Assembly (NCBI GenBank): GCA_046597055.1
Contig: JBKJLC010000063.1
Coordinates: 1-25,654, forward strand
Source: Kofleriaceae bacterium
Lineage (GTDB): Bacteria; Myxococcota_A; Polyangia; Haliangiales; Haliangiaceae
Reading direction: 5' to 3'
DNA length: 25,654 bases
Shown: positions 1 to 15,927 of the stretch, piece after piece
How positions within the stretch are numbered: position 1 is the stretch's first letter
Layout: each line of letters starts with the position of its first letter
Notes under the pieces: model-generated
Databases searched by the model: none
The model's input: only the letters and a program-made list of their open reading frames with translations
Told to the model about the DNA's origin: nothing
Translations under genes and position numbers: made by a program

Positions 1-1011
<1,011 letters not shown>

Positions 1012-1033
1012 CCCGCGACTCGAGAGGTGTCGA

Positions 1034-1759
1034 TCAGGCGAGGTCGAACAGCAGGATCTCGGCGCCCGTGCCGGTGACGGTCAGCCGGCCCGGGTCGCTG
1101 GTGGAGACCGCGTCGCCGGCGCCGAGCGGGACGCCGTTCACCTCGGCGGTGCCGCGCGCGACGTGGATCCAGGCGTGGCGGCCGGGCGCGAGCGTGTGGG
1201 TCGCGCGCTGGCCGTGCTCGAACGTGCCGATGTGGAGGCGGGCGTCCTGGTGGATGGTGATCGCGCCGTCGGCACCGTCGGGGGCCACGACCAAGCGAAG
1301 CCGGCCGGCTCGCTCCTCGGCGGGAAAGGCCTTCTGTTCGTAGCCTGGCGCGTGGCCGGTGCGGTCGGGAACGATCCAGATCTGCAGGAAGTGCACGGGC
1401 TGCTTCGGCGACGGGTTCATCTCGCTGTGGCGGACGCCGGTGCCGGCGGTCATGCGCTGGACCTCGCCGGGGCGGATCACCGCGCCGGTGCCGAGCGAGT
1501 CCTTGTGGCCGAGCTCGCCGTCGAGGACATAGGAGATGATCTCCATGTCGCGATGGGCATGGGTGCCGAAGCCACGGCCGGGCGCCACGGTGTCGTCGTT
1601 GATGACGCGCAGCGCGCGAAAGCCCATGTGGGCCGGATCGTGGTAGTCGGCGAACGAGAAGGTGTGGTGGCTGTTCAGCCAGCCGTGATCGGCGTGACCG
1701 CGCTCGCTGGCGCGCCGGATGGCGAGACGGGGTTGCGATGCGTGTGCTTGGGTGCCCAT
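1034..1759 (-). CDS. Pirin-family bicupin protein (YhhW/quercetinase-like), 241 aa
   Basis: Motifs RGHADHGWLNSHHTFSFADY, GFRALRVINDD, GFGTHAHRDMEIISYV, MTAGTGVRHSE, FLQIWI. Start placed at ATG 1759 because AGGAGG (1765-1770, minus) lies 5 nt upstream. Confidence 0.93.
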   Translation of the reverse strand: MGTQAHASQPRLAIRRASERGHADHGWLNSHHTFSFADYHDPAHMGFRALRVINDDTVAPGRGFGTHAHRDMEIISYVLDGELGHKDSLGTGAVIRPGEVQRMTAGTGVRHSEMNPSPKQPVHFLQIWIVPDRTGHAPGYEQKAFPAEERAGRLRLVVAPDGADGAITIHQDARLHIGTFEHGQRATHTLAPGRHAWIHVARGTAEVNGVPLGAGDAVSTSDPGRLTVTGTGAEILLFDLA

Positions 1760-1864
1760 GGCGTCCTCCTGAGCGGCAAGGGTAGGGCTGCCGCGGAGGA
1801 CCGTCAGCGGTCGCTTTCGCAACAATCCGTCTCGCGGTACCAGCGCCGCCTCGCGTCGCGGGGC

Positions 1865-7181
<5,317 letters not shown>

Positions 7182-7185
<4 letters not shown>

Positions 7186-9227
7186 AGGAAGTACTCGAAT
7201 CCCTGTTCGCGGTGGACCCGACGACGCAGCGCGAAGACGTGGGCCGGCGCGCTGCGTGGATCGAGCTCGATGTAGTTGCGCGGTCCCCGCCAGAGATGGC
7301 GGGTACCGCCGAGCAGGTCATGCACCTGGAAGGCGCCGTCGGGCGGAATCCCGACCGCGGCGAGGTCGAGGTCGACCCAGCCGCGGCGGGTGTGGAACGG
7401 ATCGAGGTTGACGACACAAAGAATGATGTCGTCGGGCTCGCCGGGGAAGGCCGCGGGCGCGGTCTTGCTGTAGCAGAGCAGCGAGTCGTCGTCGGTGGGG
7501 TGGAAGCGCAGCGTGCGGTCGCCCTGCAGGGCGGCGTGGGCGCGGCGGATCTGGTTGAGGCGCGCGATCAGGTGGCGGAGGCTGGTCGGCGCGTCGAGGT
7601 CCCAGCGCCGCACCTGGTACTTCTCGCTGTCGGCGAACTCCTCGCGACCGGGCAGGCCGAGGACCTCCCCGAGCTCGAAGGTCGGGCCGTAGATGCCCCA
7701 GCTTGCGGCCAGGGTGGCGGCCAGCACCGCCCGCAGCGCCGACGCCGGGCGGCCACCGACCTGCAGGTGCTCGGGGAGGATGTCGGGGGTGGTCGGCCAG
7801 AAGTTGGGCCGCAGGTACTCGGCGACCTCGCCGGTGGTGAGGCTCTCGAGGTACTCGCGCAGCTCGGGGCCGCTCGTGCGCCACGTGAAGTACGTGTACG
7901 ACTGGGAGAAGCCGACCTTCGCGAGCTCCTGGAGCATGAGCGGGCGGGTGAACGCCTCCGACAGGAAGATGGCTTCGGGCTGGTGGGCGCGGACCGTGGC
8001 CAGGCACCACTCCCAGAACGGCACCGGCTTGGTGTGCGGGTTGTCGACCCGGAACACCCGCACGCCGCGGTCGGCCCAGGTCACGAACACCTCGGCCAGC
8101 GCGGCCCACAGCCCGCGCCAGTCGTCGCACTCGAAGTCGAACGGATAGACGTCCTGGTACTTCTTGGGTGGGTTCTCGGCGTGCTGGATGCTGCCGTCGG
8201 AGCGGCGCACGAACCAGCCGGGGTGATCGGTGACCCAGGGGTGATCGGGCGAGGCCTGGAACGCGATGTCGAGCGCGATGTCGAGATCGAGCTCGCGGGC
8301 GGCGGCGACGAACGCGGCGAAGTCGTCGAGCGTGCCGAGGTCGGGGTGGATCGCGTCGTGGCCACCCGCGGCCCCACCGATCGCCCACGGGCTGCCGGGA
8401 TCGCCGGGCTCCGCGGTCAGGCTGTTGTCGGGGCCCTTGCGATGGCTGGTGCCGATGGGGTGGATCGGCGGCAGGTAGACGACATCGAAGCCGAGCTCGG
8501 CGACGTACGGCAGCCGGTCGATCGCGTCGCGCAGGGTGCCGTGGCGGGTCGCCTCGCCGGGGCCGACCGTCGAGCGCGGGAACATCTCGTACCAGGACGA
8601 GAACCGCGCGCGCACCGGCTCGACCAGGAGCGGGATCCAGCCACCGAGCGTGGAGAAGCCGCGATCGGGATAGCGCGCCATGCGCGCGACCAGCGTGTCG
8701 TCGAGCGCGGCCGCGACCCGGGCCGCGGGATCCTTGCCGGTGGCGAGCAGGCTGGCGGTGGCCTCGAGCGCGGCGTGATCGGCGGTGTTGCCGGCGACCT
8801 GGGCCAGCGCGGCGGCGGCGGCGACCAGCGGCGCACCTCCGCGCAGCTCGATCGTGACGTCCTGGCGGGCCTCGACCTTGCGGGCCAGGCCGTGGCGCCA
8901 GGTCGCGAAGCGATCGACCCAGCCCTCGATCCGGTACTCCCAGTTGCCGATGCGATCGAGCAGGACCTCGGCGACGAAGTGATCGCCGCCAGCCGGGTCG
9001 GCCGGCGCGAGATCGATCTCGCGCCAGGTCGGCTCGCCGCACAGGTGCGCGTGCACGCGGCCGGCGAGGCGATCGTGCCCGTCGATCAGGAGCGCGGCGT
9101 CGACGCGAAGGCGATCGCCGAAGGTGCGCTTGACGGCGTGTCGGCGGCTGTCGACGCAGGGCGAGACGCGCGCGACGACGACCCGGCGGCGCCCATCCTC
9201 CGGCCAGCGAACCGTGGCTTCTGGCAT
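7182..9227 (-). CDS. glgE: Alpha-1,4-glucan:maltose-1-phosphate maltosyltransferase GlgE, about 681 aa (alternative start 9242)
   Basis: Motifs WYEMFPRS, GFDVVYLPPIHPIG, GSPWAIG, AENPPKKYQD, FRVDNPHTKP, FLSEAFTRP, GFSQSYTYFTWR, TPDILP, SEKYQ. The N-terminal domain begins RVVVARVSP. The ORF-track extension to 9905 overlaps the cotH-like gene and is not used. Confidence 0.93.
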
Positions 9228-9431
9228 GACCGGCACGACCATAGAACTCACGCGCGACAGCGGCAAGGCAACGGCGGCGTGAGGTGTGGGCCCTGCGGGA
9301 GCGGGCTCGCACGGGCGCTGCCGCACGCCGTGGTGTGGCGCAGCGGCTCGCTTTTTTCTCGCGTCACATCGACCGGCGGCCCGTCGGGGGGAGGTCGCAA
9401 CCCGCGCGTGTCCGACGAGCACAGCGGGCGC

Positions 9432-9479
9432 CACGGCTCGTCGAGCTCGAGCCGCCCGTGTGATCCCGTCGACCCAGGC
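9432..9479 (-). repeat. 48-bp intergenic element, copy A (inverted partner at 18325-18372)
   Basis: Minus strand gcc tgg gtc gac ggg atc aca cgg gcg gct cga gct cga cga gcc gtg = AWVDGITRAARARRAV. It is 35/48 nt and 14/16 aa identical to copy B. Confidence 0.55.
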
Positions 9480-9543
9480 CCGCCCGAGACCGCCGCGCAG
9501 GTCGCGCCCGCCCGATGGCACGACGGTCGCACCGTCGTACACC

Positions 9544-11442
9544 ATGGACCGATGCCGGCGGGCGAGCTTGCTGGTGGTGGCGATGGCGTGGGCCGGCTGC
9601 TCGGGCACGCCAGCGACCGGTGACGCCGGCGTGACCAGCGCCGGCGATGCCCCCGCGGGCGATGCCGCGCCTGGCGATACCGCGCCTGGCGATGCCGCGC
9701 CCGCCGATGCCGCGCCTGGTGATGCCGTGCCTGGCGATGCTGGGCCCGGCGACCCGGGTGGCGATGCCGCGCCCGGTGATGCCGCGCCCGGCGATGCCGC
9801 GCCGGGTGATGCCAGCACCGATGCCGCGGCCGGGGTCGATGCCAGCACCGTCGACGGTCCGCTGACCACCGAGCTCGACGGCCGGATCACGATCAACGAA
9901 TTCATGACTTACAACGCGGTGACCGTGCTCGACGACACCGGGGTCGCGAGCGACTGGGTCGAGCTGTACAACCCGACCGCGACCGACCTCCCGCTCGCCG
10001 GCTACGGGCTCACCGACAACCTAGCCCTGCCGGCGCGGGCGGTCATCCCCGCCGGCGTGGTGCTGCCGGCGGGCGGGCACCTCGTGCTCTGGCTCGATCA
10101 CGCGCCCGAGCGGGGCCCGCGACACCTCGGCTTCCACCTGGCGCGCGAAGGCGGCGACCTCGCGCTGACGCGACCTGACGGCTCGCCGATCGACCGCGTG
10201 ACCTACGGCGCGCAGGCCGTCGACTTCTCCGCGGCGCGGGTGCCCGATGGCTCGAACCAATGGCGCGTCGAGTGGCACGCGACGCCGGGCACCGCCAATC
10301 CGGCCGGGCCCGGCACGCCGGCCGGCGGCGAGGTGGCGTCGGCGCCGCCCGAGCTGGTGCCGGCGGCCGGCGACCTCACCGAGCGGATCCTCGGTTACGA
10401 CGTGGTGCTCCGGCTCGAGATCCTGCTGACGCCAGCGGCGATCGCCGCGCTCGCGAGCAACCCGTACGCCGACGTGCCCGGCACGCTGGTGCTCGAGGGT
10501 CGCTCGTACGGACCGGTCGGCGTGCGGCTCAAGGGCCAGAACTCGTTCCAGCCGATCATGGCCAAGCCGTCGTTGCGCATCAACATCGACGAGTACGTCC
10601 CGCGCGCCGAGCTGTTCGGGCTGAAGGACCTGACGCTCAACAACATGGACAACGACCTGTCCATGATGCACGAGCGGCTCGCGTACCTGGTCGCGCGGAC
10701 CAGCGGCATCGCCGCGTCGCGGGCCAACCACGCGCTCCTGACGATCAACGGCGGGTTTTACGGCCTCTACACCAACGTCGAGACGGTCAAGCGCAAGATG
10801 CTGACCCGCTGGTTCGCGAACCCGAGCGGGGCGCTGTTCGAGGGGACCGACGCCGACTTCGTCTCCGCCCAGGTTCCGCGCTTCGAGCTCGAGTCGGGGT
10901 CCGATGACCGCAGCCTGCTCACCGGGCTGGCGGCCGCGCTCACCGGCGGGTCCCCCGACGCGGCCATCGCCGCCGCGTCAGCCTACGTCGACCTGGCCCG
11001 GTTCCACGACTACTGGGCGATGGCGTCGGTGATCGGCCAGTTCGACGCACTCCCCTACAGCATCCCCGGCGACGACTACCTGGTCTATGTCGACCCCGCG
11101 ACCCAGCGACTCACGTTCCTTCCGTGGGGCATGGACGAGTCGTTCTACTCGCCGGAGATCGACGTCACCCGGGTCCACTCGGTGCTCGCCACCACATGCA
11201 AGGCCTCGCCCGCGTGCTTCCAGGGCTACGTCAACCGGGCCTGGGCCCTGCTGGCGGTGACCGAGGGCCTGAACCTCGCCGCCGAGCGCACCCGGGTCGC
11301 CGCCCAGATCATGCCGTACGTCGCGCTCGATACCCGCAAGCCGTACTCGACCGAGACCGTGTTCGCGCACCAGCGGGCCATGGGCAACTTCATCACCACC
11401 CGGCGGACCCGGTTCATGACGATGCTGCCGCCGAGCCGGTGA
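9544..11442 (+). CDS. Putative lipoprotein: low-complexity linker + lamin-tail domain (LTD) + CotH kinase-family domain, 632 aa
   Basis: Signal peptide MDRCRRASLLVVAMAWAG-C (lipobox-like). LTD motifs ITINEFM, SDWVELYN, LAGYGLTD, TPGTAN. CotH motifs VGVRLKGQNS, KPSLRINID, LTLNN, ERLAY, YGLYTNVE, FLPWGMD. Confidence 0.85.
   Translation: MDRCRRASLLVVAMAWAGCSGTPATGDAGVTSAGDAPAGDAAPGDTAPGDAAPADAAPGDAVPGDAGPGDPGGDAAPGDAAPGDAAPGDASTDAAAGVDASTVDGPLTTELDGRITINEFMTYNAVTVLDDTGVASDWVELYNPTATDLPLAGYGLTDNLALPARAVIPAGVVLPAGGHLVLWLDHAPERGPRHLGFHLAREGGDLALTRPDGSPIDRVTYGAQAVDFSAARVPDGSNQWRVEWHATPGTANPAGPGTPAGGEVASAPPELVPAAGDLTERILGYDVVLRLEILLTPAAIAALASNPYADVPGTLVLEGRSYGPVGVRLKGQNSFQPIMAKPSLRINIDEYVPRAELFGLKDLTLNNMDNDLSMMHERLAYLVARTSGIAASRANHALLTINGGFYGLYTNVETVKRKMLTRWFANPSGALFEGTDADFVSAQVPRFELESGSDDRSLLTGLAAALTGGSPDAAIAAASAYVDLARFHDYWAMASVIGQFDALPYSIPGDDYLVYVDPATQRLTFLPWGMDESFYSPEIDVTRVHSVLATTCKASPACFQGYVNRAWALLAVTEGLNLAAERTRVAAQIMPYVALDTRKPYSTETVFAHQRAMGNFITTRRTRFMTMLPPSR
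9643..9819 (+). repeat. Coding 15-bp tandem repeat (consensus GGCGATGCCGCGCCY, encoding GDAAP), about 12 units, one of them 12 bp
   Basis: Units begin at 9643, 9658, 9673, 9688, 9703, 9718, 9733, 9748 (12 bp), 9760, 9775, 9790 and 9805. Confidence 0.95.
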
Positions 11443-11476
11443 GGGCCGGTGGGGCACTCGCGGTAGAGTGCCGTCC

Positions 11477-13266
<1,790 letters not shown>

Positions 13267-13267
<1 letters not shown>

Positions 13268-13324
13268 CGGGCGGCAGCGTACCGTGCGGCGAGGTCGGCC
13301 TCGCCGTGGTTCGCTGCCACCCGC
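13267..13324. terminator. Long GC-rich imperfect hairpin between convergent genes (bidirectional terminator or REP-like element)
   Basis: GCGGG-c-GGCAGCG-t-ACC-gt-GCGGCGAGG (tcgg loop) CCTCGCCGT-GGT-t-CGCTGCC-a-CCCGC. No U-tract on either side. Confidence 0.55.
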
Positions 13325-13331
13325 AGCGGCC

Positions 13332-14243
13332 TCACTCCGCCGTGGACAGCACCTCCGCCTCGGGACGCTCCAGCAACCCGCGGAGCAGTGGGTGGGGGTG
13401 CTGACGCCGCACGTCGATCGCGTAGAACTCCTCGACGAGGTCAGGGACGTGGCAGTACAGCGCGAGCTGCCGCGTCCGCAGCTCGTCGCGCACGACGACC
13501 GCCGGCGCGAGGGTGACCGCATCGCTGCTGCGCGCGAGCAACCTCAGCATCGCCATGTCATCGACCTCGGCGGCGATGGTGACGCGCAGGCCGTGGCGTT
13601 CGCACAGCAGATCGAAGGCCGCCCGAACCACGCTCTCGCGGCTGGGGAGCAGCAGGGCCACGCCCGCGAGGTCCTGCGGGAACCGGAACGGCCGCCGGCG
13701 GCCGCGAGGCGGCCCGACCAGGCTGACCTGCTGGCGTGCGATCCGCCGGCACCGCCAGGCGTTGTCCTCGTCCTCGTGCACGCGCCGATTCGACAGCACC
13801 ACGTCGAGCAAGTGAGCCCGCAGCTTGGGCAACAGCTCCGCCAGCGATCCGGCCTGGAGCACGAGCCGTACGCCTGGCTGCCCGATCAGCGGCGCCAGGA
13901 AGCCGCGCTGGAAGTTCCGCGACAGCGTCGCCATCGCGCCGACCCGCAGCACCTGCTGCTCGCGCTGACGTCCTTCGCGGATCGTCGCGACCAGCTCGCT
14001 GCCTGCCGCCATGATGGTCTCCGCGTACTCGAGCGCGAGGCGGCCCGCCTCGGTCAGCACCAGGCTGCGGCTCTGCCGGGTGAACAGCGGGTGTCCGAGC
14101 TGGTCCTCGAGCTGGCGAATCTGGGTCGACAGCGCCGACTGCGAGACGCGCAGCCGCCTCGCGGCGCGCGTCAGGTGCCCCTCCTTGGCGACCGCCCAGA
14201 AGTAGTGGAGGTGGTGGTAGTTGAGCCGATCGGGGCTGGTCAT
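13332..14243 (-). CDS. LysR-family transcriptional regulator, NhaR-like, 303 aa
   Basis: N-terminal HTH LNYHHLHYFWAVAKEGHLTRAARRLRVSQSALSTQIRQLEDQLG...LTEAG. C-terminal AEVDDMAMLRLLA and EEFYAI...HP. Divergent from dabB. Confidence 0.93.
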   Translation of the reverse strand: MTSPDRLNYHHLHYFWAVAKEGHLTRAARRLRVSQSALSTQIRQLEDQLGHPLFTRQSRSLVLTEAGRLALEYAETIMAAGSELVATIREGRQREQQVLRVGAMATLSRNFQRGFLAPLIGQPGVRLVLQAGSLAELLPKLRAHLLDVVLSNRRVHEDEDNAWRCRRIARQQVSLVGPPRGRRRPFRFPQDLAGVALLLPSRESVVRAAFDLLCERHGLRVTIAAEVDDMAMLRLLARSSDAVTLAPAVVVRDELRTRQLALYCHVPDLVEEFYAIDVRRQHPHPLLRGLLERPEAEVLSTAE

Positions 14244-14322
14244 GGATAGTTCTCGAGAAGCGAACGAACGGATAGTTTATATCTGTTTTACATGAAGCGG
14301 GTCCTGCTCTAGAAGGGGACCG
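14244..14322. promoter_or_regulatory. AT-rich divergent promoter region lysR/dabBA with a putative LysR box
   Basis: GTTC-N9-GAAC (14249-14265) contains T-N11-A. Direct repeat GGATAGTT at 14244 and 14270. TTTACA (14287-14292)-N17-TAGAAG (14310-14315) precedes the dabB ATG. Confidence 0.6.
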
Positions 14323-15927
14323 ATGTCGCTCGCACAGCTGCTGGTGGTCGTGCCCCTCCTGTACGGCGGCGCCGCGCTGATCCCCGAGCGCGCGCTGGCC
14401 GGACGGCCCGCGCGGCGATGGCAGCTGGGGCTTGGCGCCGCGACCTTGGCCCTGGTCACGGCGGTGACCGCGAGCGCCGTGGGCGTGCTGGGGAGCATGG
14501 CGCCGAGCGCGCAGCTCGCGGTCGGCCCGGTCGCGCTGAGCGTGTGCGCGGATCCCCTCACGCTGGTGATGCTGGTGCTCGTCACCACCATCGCGGTGGT
14601 GATCCTGCGGTTCTCACGCCGGTATCTCGCCGGCGAGCCGGGGCAGCCGCGCTTCGTGCGCGCGCTCCTGACCGCGCTCGCTGCCGTGACGCTGCTCGTG
14701 ATCGCGAATCACCTGCTCGTGATCGCGCTTGCGTGGACCTTGACCAGCTTCGCGGTCCACCGGCTGCTCGCCTTCTACGATGAACGGCCGCAGGCGGTGA
14801 TCGCCGCGCACAAGAAGTTCTTGATGAGCCGGCTCGCCGACGTGGCGATCTTCACCGCGGTCGCCCTCCTGTGGCGCGACCTCGGCACGCTCGAGGTCGA
14901 CGCGATGGTCGCCCGCATGGCGGAGTCCCGCTCGGTGTCGACCTCGGTGCAGGCCGCCGGGGTGCTGCTCGTCATCGGGGTGGTGCTGCGTTCCGCCCAG
15001 ATGCCGTTCCACGGTTGGCTGATCCAGGTGATGGAGGCACCCACGCCGGTGTCCGCGCTGCTCCACGCCGGCATCGTCAACCTCGGTGGTTTCGTCCTGA
15101 TCCGGATGGGGGGCGTGCTGGTCCAGCTCGGAGCGGCCCAGACGTTGCTCGTGCTGGTGGGCACGACCACGGCCGTGGTCGCCGGGCTGGTCATGATGAC
15201 GCGGGTCAGCGTCAAGGTCGCGCTCGCGTGGTCGACCTGCGCGCAGATGGGGTTCATGTTGCTGGAGTGCGGCCTCGGCGCGTACCGGCTGGCGCTGCTC
15301 CATCTGGTCGCGCACTCGGTCTACAAGGCCCATGCGTTCCTCGCCTCGGGTGGGACGGTCGAGGTCCAGCTGCGGCGCGCGCTGGGTCCGCCAGCGCCGG
15401 GCCTGGTGGGCTGGGTGGTGGCGGCGGGCCTGGGGCTCGCGCTGGTGCTGGTGACGAACGCCACGCTCGGGCTCGCCGGAGGGCGCGACGGCGGCGGGCT
15501 CGCATCCCTGCTGATCCTCGGGCTGGCGCTCGCACCGCTGCTCGCGCCGGGCGCGTGGGTGCGTTCGCTCGCGCTCCCCGGCCTCGCCGTCGGGCTGGTC
15601 GCGGCTTACGCCGGGTGGCATCGGGTCTCGGGTCACGTGGTCGCGGAGCCGGACGTTGCCCTCGGGCTGGACCCGCTCCGCGTGGGCTGGGTCCTGGTCA
15701 GCTTCGCGCTGCTGTTCGCGGTGCAGACGGTCGTGCGGGTGACGCCGCGTGGGCGCCTCGCGCGGTGGCTGTATCCCCGGGCGTACGCCGGCTTCTACCT
15801 CGACGAGATCTTCACGCGTCTCACGTTCGCGCTGTGGCCAGTCCGCATCGCGCCGGTCGGGCCGGAGGCTGCGCCCGCGCCGGTCGCGCCTGCGCCGGTC
15901 GCGCCGATCGCGCTGGAGCGCGCGTGA
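14323..15927 (+). CDS. dabB: DAB inorganic-carbon pump membrane subunit (NuoL/ND5-like proton-conducting transporter), 534 aa
   Basis: Hydrophobic protein with AAHKKFLMSRLAD, RSAQMPFHGWLIQVMEAPTPVSALLHAGIVN, VKVALAWSTCAQMGFMLLECGLG, HLVAHSVYKAHAFL. Coupled by a GTGA overlap to the DUF2309 gene; no other nuo genes nearby. Confidence 0.9.
   Translation: MSLAQLLVVVPLLYGGAALIPERALAGRPARRWQLGLGAATLALVTAVTASAVGVLGSMAPSAQLAVGPVALSVCADPLTLVMLVLVTTIAVVILRFSRRYLAGEPGQPRFVRALLTALAAVTLLVIANHLLVIALAWTLTSFAVHRLLAFYDERPQAVIAAHKKFLMSRLADVAIFTAVALLWRDLGTLEVDAMVARMAESRSVSTSVQAAGVLLVIGVVLRSAQMPFHGWLIQVMEAPTPVSALLHAGIVNLGGFVLIRMGGVLVQLGAAQTLLVLVGTTTAVVAGLVMMTRVSVKVALAWSTCAQMGFMLLECGLGAYRLALLHLVAHSVYKAHAFLASGGTVEVQLRRALGPPAPGLVGWVVAAGLGLALVLVTNATLGLAGGRDGGGLASLLILGLALAPLLAPGAWVRSLALPGLAVGLVAAYAGWHRVSGHVVAEPDVALGLDPLRVGWVLVSFALLFAVQTVVRVTPRGRLARWLYPRAYAGFYLDEIFTRLTFALWPVRIAPVGPEAAPAPVAPAPVAPIALERA

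Noticed and set aside
9643..9819. CRISPR array or non-coding repeat
   Set aside because: Contiguous in-frame 15-bp units without spacers inside a CDS; no cas genes.
11453..11472. GGCACTC-N6-GAGTGCC hairpin as terminator of the cotH-like gene
   Set aside because: No U-tract, and it overlaps the putative -10 of the ACAD gene; it cannot be distinguished from chance or an operator.
13332..14243. Assigning the symbol nhaR
   Set aside because: Only family-level similarity; no nhaA nearby, and the context is dabBA.
15871..15906. 15-bp duplication encoding APAPVAPAPVAP at the DabB C-terminus
   Set aside because: A small low-complexity slippage duplication in a tail region, with no evidence of function.
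14871..15923. N-terminal extension of the 1150-aa ORF suggesting a larger DabA
   Set aside because: It overlaps dabB out of frame. DabA homology starts at GTG 15924, which forms a typical GTGA coupling.
14323..15927. Calling this gene respiratory nuoL
   Set aside because: No other nuo genes are present, and direct coupling to DUF2309 identifies it as DabB.
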